In this document: positions 36,159 to 45,279 of the stretch, piece by piece
Layout of the letters: every line of letters begins with the position of its first letter
How positions within the stretch are numbered: position 1 is the first letter of the stretch
Source: an uncultured Methanosarcinales archaeon
Lineage (GTDB): Archaea > Nanobdellota > Nanobdellia > Woesearchaeales > CAIVOO01
Reading direction: 5' to 3'
Assembly: GCA_964485195.1 (NCBI GenBank)
Contig: CAZAIK010000003.1
Location: 800 to 64,799, forward strand
Length of the DNA stretch: 64,000 nt
Notes under the pieces: model-generated
What the model saw: the letters and a program-made list of their open reading frames with translations, nothing else
What the model was told of the DNA's origin: nothing
Databases searched by the model: none
Position numbers and translations under genes: made by a program

Positions 36159-37637
36159 ATGAAACCTTATATTTTGCTTTTTTTGGCCCTCCTGCCCCCA
36201 GCAGCTGCTGTGGAAATAAATGAGATAATGTACAACCCTGCAGGCGCTGACAGGGGTTATGAATGGGTGGAACTGTTCAATCCTGATAAATTAAACCTTT
36301 CAAACTGGACAATAGGGGACTTGATGTCAAATGACACTCTGGTTGCTGTAAAAATTACAAACTCCTCTTTTGCGATCATAGTTGAGAATGAAAGCTTGTT
36401 CAATGATTCAAATGCATCACTATACTACGCCGGCCCTTTAATAGGAAACGGGCTGGGAAATTCCGGAGACACAATTCACTTATATTCCTCAAATGGATCC
36501 GTGATAGACAGTGTAAATTACAATAATTCATTTGCAAACGGGAATAACAAAACCCTGGAAAAACATAACAATAGCTGGAGTGAAAGCCTGAACGAAGGGG
36601 GAACTCCTGGTTTTAACAATTCATTTCATCCTTTAGTTAATCTTACAAACTCAACATTTGAAAACGAGACAGAAACCAATGAAACAGGGAACACAACAAT
36701 CAATGATACTCAAGGCAACCAAACAAATCAAACCAATGTTACGAATGAAAACACGTGCATCGCTGAGATTTCAATAAACACAACAAAGGAAATTTATGTT
36801 GAGGAAAAGATAAAATTCAAGCACATAATAAATTCAAGCGAGGATTTTTCAATTATCTACTGGATTGAAGACCTGTTTGGGAATGTCGTGAAAGATGAAT
36901 ATGAAACAGAAACATTAACCTACAAATCCTACACACCCCATCCCGAAGAGGATGACAGGGTTTTTGTCATAAAATCCGTGCTTAAGGGGTGCAAGGAAAC
37001 ATATGCCGAAAGAATCATTATATACAGAAAGCAGGAAGAAACAAGGCTCTCTGCTGAGGAAAATGAAGAAGAAACAAAAGAGGAAGAAGAAAAAGAAACT
37101 GCACACGAAGCCAAACAGCAATTCAGCTATTCCCTTCTTTCATATTCTGAACAAATCCCTCGGAATTCAGAAGCAAGCGCTGTCGTTGAAATAATCTCCG
37201 ACAACGAGCCCCATCTCATCAAACTCACGGCTTATCTTTACAGAGGCCCCAAAAAATATTCAGGAATAGCAGAACATAATTTTACTTTAGGAAAAATGGA
37301 ATCAGAGGCAGTGGAATTAAAGTTTTTCACAAACGCCAGCGCCGGAGACTACAAGCTCAAGGTAAAGATAAACAAGGACAACCAGAAGACAGATTACCAG
37401 TTAAGGGCAAATGTCACGGTTGTTGAAGACAAGAATGGCAGCGAAAAAGAGCCAGAAGCGAAAAAAGAGAAGAAAACAACAAAAGCGGATGAAAAACCCT
37501 CTTCAAGAGAGGTAGTAAATATAACAAACCCTCCGGTTGTGTACAAGTCAGCAAAAGCCAAATCAGAAGCTCTGGTGCCCATAATATTGATATCCCTGCT
37601 CGCACTGGTAAGCGCTGTCCTTATCTGGAAGCGATAG
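36159..37637 (+). CDS. surface-anchored lamin-tail-domain (LTD) protein, sequon-rich
   Basis: Signal peptide, then LTD-like INEIMYNPAGADRGYEWVELFNP...NWTIGD...GNSGDTIHLYSSNGSVIDSVNY. More than 20 N-x-S/T sequons. C-terminal TM LVPIILISLLALVSAVLIW. Confidence 0.7.
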   Translation: MKPYILLFLALLPPAAAVEINEIMYNPAGADRGYEWVELFNPDKLNLSNWTIGDLMSNDTLVAVKITNSSFAIIVENESLFNDSNASLYYAGPLIGNGLGNSGDTIHLYSSNGSVIDSVNYNNSFANGNNKTLEKHNNSWSESLNEGGTPGFNNSFHPLVNLTNSTFENETETNETGNTTINDTQGNQTNQTNVTNENTCIAEISINTTKEIYVEEKIKFKHIINSSEDFSIIYWIEDLFGNVVKDEYETETLTYKSYTPHPEEDDRVFVIKSVLKGCKETYAERIIIYRKQEETRLSAEENEEETKEEEEKETAHEAKQQFSYSLLSYSEQIPRNSEASAVVEIISDNEPHLIKLTAYLYRGPKKYSGIAEHNFTLGKMESEAVELKFFTNASAGDYKLKVKINKDNQKTDYQLRANVTVVEDKNGSEKEPEAKKEKKTTKADEKPSSREVVNITNPPVVYKSAKAKSEALVPIILISLLALVSAVLIWKR

Positions 37638-37672
37638 AAATGTTTTTAAATTGCCTCTTTTCCATAACATAC

Positions 37673-38401
37673 ATGCCTTTGAGAAAAATATTCGGAAAAA
37701 AGGAAAAGTCCAAGAAAAAGAAGAAAACAGCCAAAAAGCCGGCTAAAAAGAAAGCTGGGAAGAAGAAAGAATCCAAACAGCCTTCCAAAAGGGAGCCTGA
37801 AATGGACATAGACAGGGATGAATGGCCCATCAGGGCTGTGGCCATAGTTGAAATTCTAGGAGCGCCTAAAGAGCATGTAGTGGAAACTATGAACAAGTAC
37901 GTCGAAAAGATGAAAAAAGAGAAGAATCTTAAAATCATTGACACCAAAATTTCCGAAGTTGAGCAGAAAGAGAAGCTTTTCACCGTTTTTGCAGAGGTGG
38001 AGATGCTTGCCAAAACACCTTCCAACATAGTGGACTACTGTTTTGATTACATGCCCTCATCAATAGAGCTTTTGGAGCCTGAAAATGTTAAATTCAATTC
38101 CCACCAGTTCTCAAACTTCTTTAATGATTTGCAGGCAAAACTGCACCAGCTTGATATGATAGTCAAAAAATTAAGGGCCGAGAACAAGGTACTCCATCAA
38201 AATGCCAATTTCATCTTGAGGAACAATGTTTTGCTGTCGCTTAAGGAAAAACCAAAGGGCCTTGCAACCATATCCAAGAATATAGGACTCCCTGAGGAAA
38301 AGACCAAGGTGTTCCTGGACGCTCTTGTCAAGCAAGGGTTTATTAATCTCAAAAATAACAAGTACTCCCTAAACAAGGAAAAGGTGTCATTTAGTGAGTG
38401 A
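37673..38401 (+). CDS. Lys-rich N-tail plus alpha/beta domain plus C-terminal winged-helix protein, coupled to scpB
   Basis: KKEKSKKKKKTAKKPAKKKAGKKK tail, and C-terminal LATISKNIGLPEEKTKVFLDALVKQGFI. 8-nt overlap with scpB. No ScpA N-terminal motif seen. Confidence 0.5.
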   Translation: MPLRKIFGKKEKSKKKKKTAKKPAKKKAGKKKESKQPSKREPEMDIDRDEWPIRAVAIVEILGAPKEHVVETMNKYVEKMKKEKNLKIIDTKISEVEQKEKLFTVFAEVEMLAKTPSNIVDYCFDYMPSSIELLEPENVKFNSHQFSNFFNDLQAKLHQLDMIVKKLRAENKVLHQNANFILRNNVLLSLKEKPKGLATISKNIGLPEEKTKVFLDALVKQGFINLKNNKYSLNKEKVSFSE

Positions 38402-39410
38402 GCTGAAAAAACAAATAGAGGCGATACTTTTTGCTTCGGGCAAGAAAGTAACTTATGAGGATTTAGCCAGGCTGTGCAATACAGACATTTCCTCTGTCAA
38501 GGACGCAGTTCAAGACCTTAAAAAAGGGTACGAGGAGAAAGACTCTCCCCTTATTCTCACCGAAGAAGCTGACGGCTGGAAAATGACTGTGAGGGAAAAA
38601 TACCTTTCTTTGGTCCACAAAATGCTGCCTGAGACAGAACTCTCTAAGTCCGTCCTTGAAACATTGGCTGTGATTGCGTGGAAGCAGCCGGTACTGCAGT
38701 CAGAGGTCATCAGGATCAGGACAAACAAGGCCTACGAAGACATAAGCGAGCTCGTGGAAAGAGGATTTATCTCAAAGGAAAAAAGCGGCAGAAGCTATCT
38801 GCTGAGAGTGACTAACAAGTTCAAGGAATATTTCGAACTGCCCAGCAAGGAAGCCATCAAAAAGGTTTTCAAGGACATACAGGAGCACATCAAGCAGGAA
38901 GAGGCAAGAGGCGAGGAAACAGAGCATCTGGGAAAACTTGAAGTTTATGAGGAAGAAAGCCAGGAAAAAAAGGAGAGTCCCCACCTAAAATTTTATGACC
39001 ATCAGGTTTCTGAAAAGGAAGAAACGAAAAAAGGGGAGCAGGAGGAAGAAGAAAAAGAGGAAACTGAAGAGGAACAGCCAGGGGAAAAAGAGGGTGAAGA
39101 GGAGCAGGCAAAACAGAAAGAAATAGAGGAGAAAATAAGTGAGATTGCAAAGGCAAGGGAGGAGATTGCCGGCGCTGCAGAAGAGTCCGGGGAAAGCGCA
39201 GAGAAGGAAAAAAGGCCTGAAGAGGAAAAAGAAAAAGAGAAAGAACCCTCTGAACTTGAGGAGATATATGAAGGAGTGAAAGAAAGCAAAGAACCTGAAA
39301 AAAAAGAGAAAAAAGAGGAAGAAGAAGCAAAAATAAAGGGGAGAGAACTGTCCTCAGAGCTTGAAGAATTCATAGAGCCGGAGGAAGAAGAAAAAGAGGA
39401 TGAAGAATGA
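38394..39410 (+). CDS. scpB: segregation and condensation protein B with a roughly 170-aa Glu/Lys-rich tail
   Basis: IEAILFASGKKVTYEDLARL, and a second wHTH ETLAVIAWKQPVLQSEVIRIRTNKAYEDISELVERGFI. Confidence 0.8.
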   Translation: MSELKKQIEAILFASGKKVTYEDLARLCNTDISSVKDAVQDLKKGYEEKDSPLILTEEADGWKMTVREKYLSLVHKMLPETELSKSVLETLAVIAWKQPVLQSEVIRIRTNKAYEDISELVERGFISKEKSGRSYLLRVTNKFKEYFELPSKEAIKKVFKDIQEHIKQEEARGEETEHLGKLEVYEEESQEKKESPHLKFYDHQVSEKEETKKGEQEEEEKEETEEEQPGEKEGEEEQAKQKEIEEKISEIAKAREEIAGAAEESGESAEKEKRPEEEKEKEKEPSELEEIYEGVKESKEPEKKEKKEEEEAKIKGRELSSELEEFIEPEEEEKEDEE

Positions 39411-39544
39411 TTTATGTTTTGCAATGTCCCAACTGCAAGAACAAGATGAAATATTCCCCACTGAAAGGCATTAAAAAAAGAAAAGTCTGCGTTTACTGCG
39501 GAAAAAGCTTCAAGGTGGAAGGCAATACATTCAGGAAGGCCTGA
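39407..39544 (+). CDS. 45-aa zinc-ribbon protein (below the ORF-track cutoff)
   Basis: MIYVLQCPNCKNKMKY...VCVYCGKSF provides CPxC...CxxC. ATGA overlap with the scpB stop. Confidence 0.5.
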   Translation: MIYVLQCPNCKNKMKYSPLKGIKKRKVCVYCGKSFKVEGNTFRKA

Positions 39545-39836
39545 ATAATTCTTCAATATTTTCTCCTTCTTCAAAAAGATTTTCAATGTTCTTCTTGACC
39601 TTTTTCAAAGAAATTCCCCTGTCCAGCCTTCGCTGAAAGTTTTCAAATTGCTTTGTCAGTTCAGTAATGAACTCCGCTCCTTCCTGGGTTTTTGACTGCA
39701 GCTTTAATGCGTCCAGGTTATATATTATGTCCATTACTTTAGCAGAAGCTGAATTTGACATTCCTTTCTCAAGACAGCTTACAGCTTCATCATACTCTTT
39801 CTTTACAGCTTCGTAACTCACCCCGTTATAGGTCAT
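39531..39836 (-). CDS. hypothetical helical protein
   Basis: 101-aa ORF with no motif. It converges on the zinc-ribbon ORF. Confidence 0.4.
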   Translation of the reverse strand: MTYNGVSYEAVKKEYDEAVSCLEKGMSNSASAKVMDIIYNLDALKLQSKTQEGAEFITELTKQFENFQRRLDRGISLKKVKKNIENLFEEGENIEELFRPS

Positions 39837-39940
39837 AGTAATGCTATTGCCAGCATCTTATTTATAATTTATGTAACTGCTCAGCTGCCTGAATTCGAAC
39901 CTCTCAGGGTTTCTGGAGCGATAACAAACCAAAACCTTTA

Positions 39941-39955
39941 TAAACAAAACTTGCT
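39941..39955 (+). promoter_or_regulatory. BRE/TATA promoter AAAACCTTTATAAAC
   Basis: Recurrent promoter 15-mer, 41 nt before the gyrA ATG. Confidence 0.5.
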
Positions 39956-39995
39956 TATTTGAAAACATAGTTTCTCGTCGAGAAATGCCGAAAAA

Positions 39996-42410
39996 ATGAC
40001 TGAAAAAATCAGCCCCAAATTAATCGAGGAGGAGATGAAAAAGTCCTACATAGATTATGCTATGTCTGTCATAGTTGGCAGGGCCTTGCCAGATGTCAGG
40101 GACGGCCTGAAGCCCGTCCACAGGAGAGTTCTTTTCACTATGTGGGAAACAGGGGTGCTGCCTGGGAAGCCCTTCAGGAAATCCGCAAATGTTGTTGGAA
40201 ACTGCATGGCGAGATACCACCCCCACGGGGACGTGGCAATTTATGATTCCCTTGTCAGGATGGCCCAGCATTTCTCCTTGAGATACCTGCTTGTAAACGG
40301 CCAGGGGAACTTTGGCTCTGTAGATGGCGATTCCCCTGCTGCCATGAGGTATACTGAAGCAAAAATGAGCAGAGTAGCTGAACAGATGCTTGTGGACATA
40401 GACAAGGAGACAGTGGATTTCCAGCCTAATTTTGATGCTTCAGGCAAGGAGCCCGCGGTATTGCCTTCCAAAGTGCCCAACCTGTTAATTAATGGAAGCT
40501 CAGGAATAGCAGTGGGAATGGCAACTAACATACCCCCTCATAATATCCGGGAAGTTTGCGATGGCATTGTTTATTCAATTGACAACCCTGAATGCTCATC
40601 TGCTGAACTGATGAAGCACATAAAAGGCCCTGATTTTCCAACTTCCGCGACCATAATGGGCAGGGAGGGGATAAAATCAGCATACACCACAGGAAGGGGT
40701 AAAATAACTATAAGGGCAAGGGCAGAAGTCACAGAAGAAAAAGGGAAGCAAAGGATAATTGCCACAGAAATACCCTATCAGGTTAACAAGGCAATGCTTA
40801 TTGAAGAGATTGCAACCCTTGTAAGGGAAAAAAGGATAACAGGCATTTCTGACATAAGGGACGAATCAGACAAAAGGGGGATAAGAGTTGTGATAGAGCT
40901 GAAAAAGGATTCCAACCCCCAGATAATCCTTAACCAGCTTTACAATCATACAAGAATGCAGCAGACGTTTGGGATTATAATGCTGGTTCTGGTTGACAAC
41001 GAGCCAAAGGTTCTGACATTGAAAGAGATGATACATTATTTTGTTGAGCACAGGAAGGAAGTTGTAACCAGGAGAACAAAATTTGAGCTCAGAAAGGCTG
41101 AGGAAAGGGCGCACATCCTGGAAGGGCTGATTGTAGCGCTGAACAATATTGATGAAGTTGTAAGGAAAATAAAGGCGTCCAGGGACGCGGCTGTGGCCAG
41201 TAACATACTAACGAAAGATTATAGCCTGACAGAGGCTCAGGCCAAGGCCATTCTTGAAATGAGGCTTCAGAAACTTGCTTCCCTGGAACAGGAAAAAATC
41301 AGGAATGAGCATAAAGAATTGCTGGAAACCATAAAGGAACTAAAAGACATACTTGCGTCTGAAAAAAGGATATATGGCATAATAAAGGAAGAAACCTCAG
41401 AAATAAAGGAGAAGTTTGGTGACGGGAGGAAAACTGAAATAACTGATTCAGGGGAGGAAAAAATTGAGGAAGACCAGCTGATAACACCTGAAGACGTGGC
41501 AGTCACCATAACCCACTCTGGATACATAAAAAGGATGCCAATTGCCTCATATAGACAGCAGGGCAGAGGAGGGAGAGGCATTGTAGCAGCCGAGACAAAA
41601 GAAGGTGACTTTGTCCGGCACGTTTTTGTGGCAAACACCCACTCTTATCTACTGCTGTTCACAGACAAGGGAAAAATCCACTGGCTGAAAATTTATGAAA
41701 TACCGGAGGCTTCAAGATATTCCCGTGGAAAATCAATACTCAACCTTGTGCAGCTGGAGCAGGGGGAATACATAACAGCTTTTGTGCCTGTCAAAGAATT
41801 TGATGGTGAGCATTTCCTTTTTATGGCCACAAAGAAAGGAATTGTCAAAAAGACAAACCTGATGGATTATTCAAGGCCAAGAAAAGGGGGAATAATAGCC
41901 CTGAACATTGAGGAGGGGGACAGGCTGATAGGCGTAAATCTCACTTCGGGAAAGGACCAGATAATCCTTGCTTCCAAGAAGGGGATGGCGGTCCGTTTCA
42001 GCGAAGAGGACGTGAGGGCGATGGGAAGGACTGCCACAGGAGTGAGGGGCATCAGGCTCAAAGAAGAGGATGAGGTTGTTGGGATGGTGAAGGCATTTGA
42101 TACTGAACAGCTGCTCACAATAACAGAGAACGGATACGGGAAAAGAACACAGATATCAGAATATCGCCTTATAGGAAGGGGAGGTTCGGGTGTTATAAAC
42201 ATTCAGCACTCAGAAAGAAAAGGGGATGTAGTTTCTGTAGCTTCTGTAGCAGAAGACGATGAGATGGTTATCATAAGCAGGAAAGGAATTATGATAAGAG
42301 TCCTGGCAAAGAACATTTCCCTGATTGGAAGAAACACGCAGGGTGTCAGGATTATGAAGCTGGGTGAGGGGGGCAAAGTGGTTTCCACTGCCAAAATAGT
42401 GAATGAATGA
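39996..42410 (+). CDS. gyrA: DNA gyrase subunit A
   Basis: [29 protein letters not shown], the active-site region [10 protein letters not shown], and C-terminal beta-pinwheel repeats. Confidence 0.95.
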   Translation: MTEKISPKLIEEEMKKSYIDYAMSVIVGRALPDVRDGLKPVHRRVLFTMWETGVLPGKPFRKSANVVGNCMARYHPHGDVAIYDSLVRMAQHFSLRYLLVNGQGNFGSVDGDSPAAMRYTEAKMSRVAEQMLVDIDKETVDFQPNFDASGKEPAVLPSKVPNLLINGSSGIAVGMATNIPPHNIREVCDGIVYSIDNPECSSAELMKHIKGPDFPTSATIMGREGIKSAYTTGRGKITIRARAEVTEEKGKQRIIATEIPYQVNKAMLIEEIATLVREKRITGISDIRDESDKRGIRVVIELKKDSNPQIILNQLYNHTRMQQTFGIIMLVLVDNEPKVLTLKEMIHYFVEHRKEVVTRRTKFELRKAEERAHILEGLIVALNNIDEVVRKIKASRDAAVASNILTKDYSLTEAQAKAILEMRLQKLASLEQEKIRNEHKELLETIKELKDILASEKRIYGIIKEETSEIKEKFGDGRKTEITDSGEEKIEEDQLITPEDVAVTITHSGYIKRMPIASYRQQGRGGRGIVAAETKEGDFVRHVFVANTHSYLLLFTDKGKIHWLKIYEIPEASRYSRGKSILNLVQLEQGEYITAFVPVKEFDGEHFLFMATKKGIVKKTNLMDYSRPRKGGIIALNIEEGDRLIGVNLTSGKDQIILASKKGMAVRFSEEDVRAMGRTATGVRGIRLKEEDEVVGMVKAFDTEQLLTITENGYGKRTQISEYRLIGRGGSGVINIQHSERKGDVVSVASVAEDDEMVIISRKGIMIRVLAKNISLIGRNTQGVRIMKLGEGGKVVSTAKIVNE

Positions 42411-43456
42411 TGAAAGGGCTGGCCATAACTCAAAAAGGGGCTGAGGAAGTTTCCCTGCAGGAAATCAAGGAGATAATAAACAAAGAAGGAGAGAAAAAGG
42501 AAACAGCAGTTCTTTTTGAAGCAGATTCCGGCGAGTTATGCACATTATGTTATCACGGAAGGTCCTTCAGCAGGATTTTGCAGTTGTTGTGCTGGTTTGA
42601 ATTTGATGATTTGGAAGACATTGAAAAAAAGCTGAAGATAGCGAATTTTCAGGCAGACTCTTTCAGGGCGAGGTGTATCAGGAAAGGAAGCCATTCTTTC
42701 TCCAGCGGGGATGTGGAAAAGCTTGTTGGCGACAAGGTAGACTCCCAAGTTGATCTTAAAAATCCGCAAAAGACTTTGCTGGTTTATGTTTATGAAAACA
42801 CATTCTACATTGGAGTGGACTATTGCGGGTTTGACCTGGGAAAAAGAAGCTACAAGGTATTTGCCCACCCCTCTTCTTTAAGGGGAGATACGGCATATTG
42901 CCTGTTAAGATTTGCCGACTATAATAATAAAGCTGCATTGGCAGACCCGTTTTGCGGCTCTGGAACGATACTGATAGAAGCGGCGCTTTATTCTGCCAAC
43001 AAGTCTGTTCATTTTTATGACAAGGACAAGTTTGCTTTCAATAAATTCCTGAAATATGAATTCAAGGACGAATTCAAAAAAACAGGAAATATTCTTGGGA
43101 TGGATTCTTCACAAAACGCCGTGGTTGCGGCAAGGAAGAACGCAAAAATAGCGGGAGCGGACATTGAATTGCTTAAAGCGGGCATAGACTGGCTTGACAC
43201 CAAACTTTCAGAGAAAAGCATTGACCTTATTGTCACAAATCCTCCCCAGCTTTCAAAAAGGAAAAAAACAGACAATGTGCTTAAGGCCTATGATGAGCTT
43301 TTTAACAATGCAGGATTTGTGCTAAGGCCGAAAGGAACTATAGCAGTCATAACCAAAGATCCTGGAACAATAAAAGAAAAAGCTGTAAAAAACGGGTTTA
43401 AGGTCAAGAAAGAGTCTGAAATAAGCAGCTATAGCTCAGTTGTTTTTGAGCAGTAG
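42407..43456 (+). CDS. THUMP-domain RNA (tRNA guanine-N2-type) methyltransferase
   Basis: N-terminal THUMP region, motif I LADPFCGSGTILIEAA, motif IV IVTNPPQ. ATGA overlap with gyrA. Confidence 0.8.
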   Translation: MMKGLAITQKGAEEVSLQEIKEIINKEGEKKETAVLFEADSGELCTLCYHGRSFSRILQLLCWFEFDDLEDIEKKLKIANFQADSFRARCIRKGSHSFSSGDVEKLVGDKVDSQVDLKNPQKTLLVYVYENTFYIGVDYCGFDLGKRSYKVFAHPSSLRGDTAYCLLRFADYNNKAALADPFCGSGTILIEAALYSANKSVHFYDKDKFAFNKFLKYEFKDEFKKTGNILGMDSSQNAVVAARKNAKIAGADIELLKAGIDWLDTKLSEKSIDLIVTNPPQLSKRKKTDNVLKAYDELFNNAGFVLRPKGTIAVITKDPGTIKEKAVKNGFKVKKESEISSYSSVVFEQ

Positions 43457-43496
43457 CCAGAAAACTTTTTAAACACAATTAAGTTTTATGAAATAA

Positions 43497-43772
43497 ATGG
43501 TAACAATCAGAACACCAAACATCTTTGAAAAGGTTCTTTTAGTGCTGGGTGTTGCCATAGTGCTGGTAGGCTACGCACTTATTTACAGGATGTTCAAGTT
43601 TGAATCTTTTCTAACCTGGGATGCAATACATTCCGTATTCCTTTGGCTTATCCTGATAGGCGTGATAATCCTGGTGGCAGTTGCCGAGAACATGAAAGAG
43701 GAATTGAGGATTGTGATAGAGAACCAGAACCAGGAAATGAGACTGCTAAGGGAAGAAATCAAGAAGAAATAA
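43497..43772 (+). CDS. small two-TM membrane protein
   Basis: 91 aa with two hydrophobic segments and a charged tail. Confidence 0.4.
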   Translation: MVTIRTPNIFEKVLLVLGVAIVLVGYALIYRMFKFESFLTWDAIHSVFLWLILIGVIILVAVAENMKEELRIVIENQNQEMRLLREEIKKK

Positions 43773-43790
43773 TATTCTATGGGAACAGTC

Positions 43791-44204
43791 TTAGACATAA
43801 GGGCCCAGACTTTTTATCCTGTCAAGAAATTTTGGTTGCAAAGGCCTTTCGTAACCGTCCATTTTTTCATAAGCATTTTTTATTTCCGGGGCTTCTTTTT
43901 CAGCAGGGATGACGCTTCCCTCAACCCTGGCAAATAAGAAATAATTGGTTATGTCCAGGTTCTGGGCAAATCCCAGAGGTATTCTCTGTATCTCCCTGGC
44001 TTCATCCTTTCTTTCCAGGACATTAACCTGGACCAGGAAGTCAATGTCCTCCAATGGAATCACCCACAGTTCTCTCCTGACCCTTTCAGTTTCAGAAGTT
44101 GGAATAAAGGATTCGCTACCCAATGTTTTATCTGCAAGACCGGGATTGAAATGCGGTTTTCCTATAATCCTCACCCTTGGATAAAACCTGCTTAAGCTTG
44201 TCAT
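43791..44204 (-). CDS. hypothetical protein (second gene downstream of RNase P RNA)
   Basis: 137-aa ORF, 1 nt from the upstream stop. No motif. Confidence 0.45.
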   Translation of the reverse strand: MTSLSRFYPRVRIIGKPHFNPGLADKTLGSESFIPTSETERVRRELWVIPLEDIDFLVQVNVLERKDEAREIQRIPLGFAQNLDITNYFLFARVEGSVIPAEKEAPEIKNAYEKMDGYERPLQPKFLDRIKSLGPYV

Positions 44205-44205
44205 C

Positions 44206-44532
44206 TTAACTGTATGGAATTTCTGATTTTTCGGGAAAAATAGGGATTATACCGCCTGTTTCTTCCTTATGCAAATGGAAAGGCCTTCTGTTGATAGCTC
44301 CATAAATTTCTGTGCTGGGCGTGCAGTCCAGCAGGGCTTCAATACTCTTCTCACCTTCTTTAGCTTGTGCAGGAAAAAGTTTTCCTTTCTTCAGCTCAAA
44401 TGTTCCACAATACCTTTTTATTTCAGGCAGCTCATCTATGGGAATGCCATTAATCTGGAAATTGCAAGGGTTGAATGCTCTTATCCTTACAATCACACTG
44501 CCTCTTCCAGCTTTCCTGAAAAATTCAAACAT
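44206..44532 (-). CDS. hypothetical protein (first gene downstream of RNase P RNA)
   Basis: 108-aa ORF. Its ATG is about 30 nt from the RNase P RNA 3' end and is preceded by TTTTTATATTTTT. Confidence 0.45.
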   Translation of the reverse strand: MFEFFRKAGRGSVIVRIRAFNPCNFQINGIPIDELPEIKRYCGTFELKKGKLFPAQAKEGEKSIEALLDCTPSTEIYGAINRRPFHLHKEETGGIIPIFPEKSEIPYS

Positions 44533-44562
44533 AGCGGCATTAAGCTAGAAAAATATAAAAAG

Positions 44563-44970
44563 GTTGTGTAGGGCAGAATAAGCCGCCTTCTGTCAGCCTC
44601 TGTAACCAGACAGGCTGTGCTGGCATTCTACTTAGCGTCTCAGGGACTTGCACAAGCCAGGGCTCGCCGTTTCAACGATTCTTTCAGAGACGTCTGCGGG
44701 TTAACTCGTTATTGTCGCCAATAACTTCGCGCGCGTCATTCCATTGTCTGAAAGCCGTGCCGTTTCTGAGCGGTTGCCATCCATTTCTGGATATCACTTC
44801 CGTGATTGGCCACCGATAGTGGGCGGACTTTCCTCAGCCAAACTTTTACAAAAGTTTGATCAAAAAGACATGCAGCGTAAAGCTGCATTACGCGAATTCA
44901 AAGAGCACTCTGAGATTCGCGGGATTGACCAACCTTTGGTTGACCGACAGCCAGCTACTGCTCCTACACC
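44563..44970 (-). ncRNA. rnpB: RNase P RNA
   Basis: On the minus strand, CR-I GAGGAAAGUCCGCCC lies at 44821-44839 and CR-V ACAGAAGGCGGCUUAU at 44578-44594. The terminal P1/P2 pairing is GUGUAGGAGCAG (44958-44969) with CUGCCCUACAC (44566-44576). A TATA element sits about 25 nt upstream. Confidence 0.85.
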
Positions 44971-44990
44971 TGTTCTTGGCTGATTTACTT

Positions 44991-45006
44991 ATTTATAAAT
45001 GTTTTT
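44991..45006 (-). promoter_or_regulatory. TATA element for RNase P RNA
   Basis: The minus strand reads AAAAACATTTATAAAT. The inferred RNA 5' end lies about 25 nt downstream. Confidence 0.45.
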
Positions 45007-45060
45007 ATAGAAAGCTTTAAATATCATAATACGTTGTAAGCACTTATAGGAGGTTATAAA

Positions 45061-45279
45061 ATGCCTACAACGATACAAATTTCAGATAAAACAAAAGGAA
45101 TCCTGGAAAAAATGAAATTATTCCGTAGAGAAACTTATGATAATGTGATTGAAAGGTTAATAGAAGACGACAGGGAAATAAATGATAAAACAAAGAGAGA
45201 AATTGCTGAAGCTCAAAAGAGAACAGACTCTGGAGATTTCTTAACTCAAGAAGATGTTGAAAAACAGTTTGGACTATGA
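45061..45279 (+). CDS. type II antitoxin (VapB/RHH-like)
   Basis: TIQISDKTKGILEKMKLFRRETYDNVIERLI. ATGA overlap with the relE-like gene, and AGGAGG lies upstream. Confidence 0.7.
   Translation: MPTTIQISDKTKGILEKMKLFRRETYDNVIERLIEDDREINDKTKREIAEAQKRTDSGDFLTQEDVEKQFGL

Noticed and set aside
38890-39586. Long minus-strand ORFs (146 aa and a 194-aa Ser/Phe-rich one) antisense to the scpB tail
   Set aside because: They are the reverse complement of GAA/GAG/AAA repeat coding. The composition is low-complexity (SSSS, FFS), and scpB on the plus strand is well supported.
39860-39900. GGTTCGAAT T-loop-like string (minus strand) upstream of gyrA
   Set aside because: No 5-bp T-stem flanks it, and no acceptor, D or anticodon arms can be drawn, so it is not a tRNA.
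44744-44983. 79-aa ORF on the plus strand
   Set aside because: It lies entirely within the RNase P RNA gene, where CR-I and the P1 pairing are found on the opposite strand.
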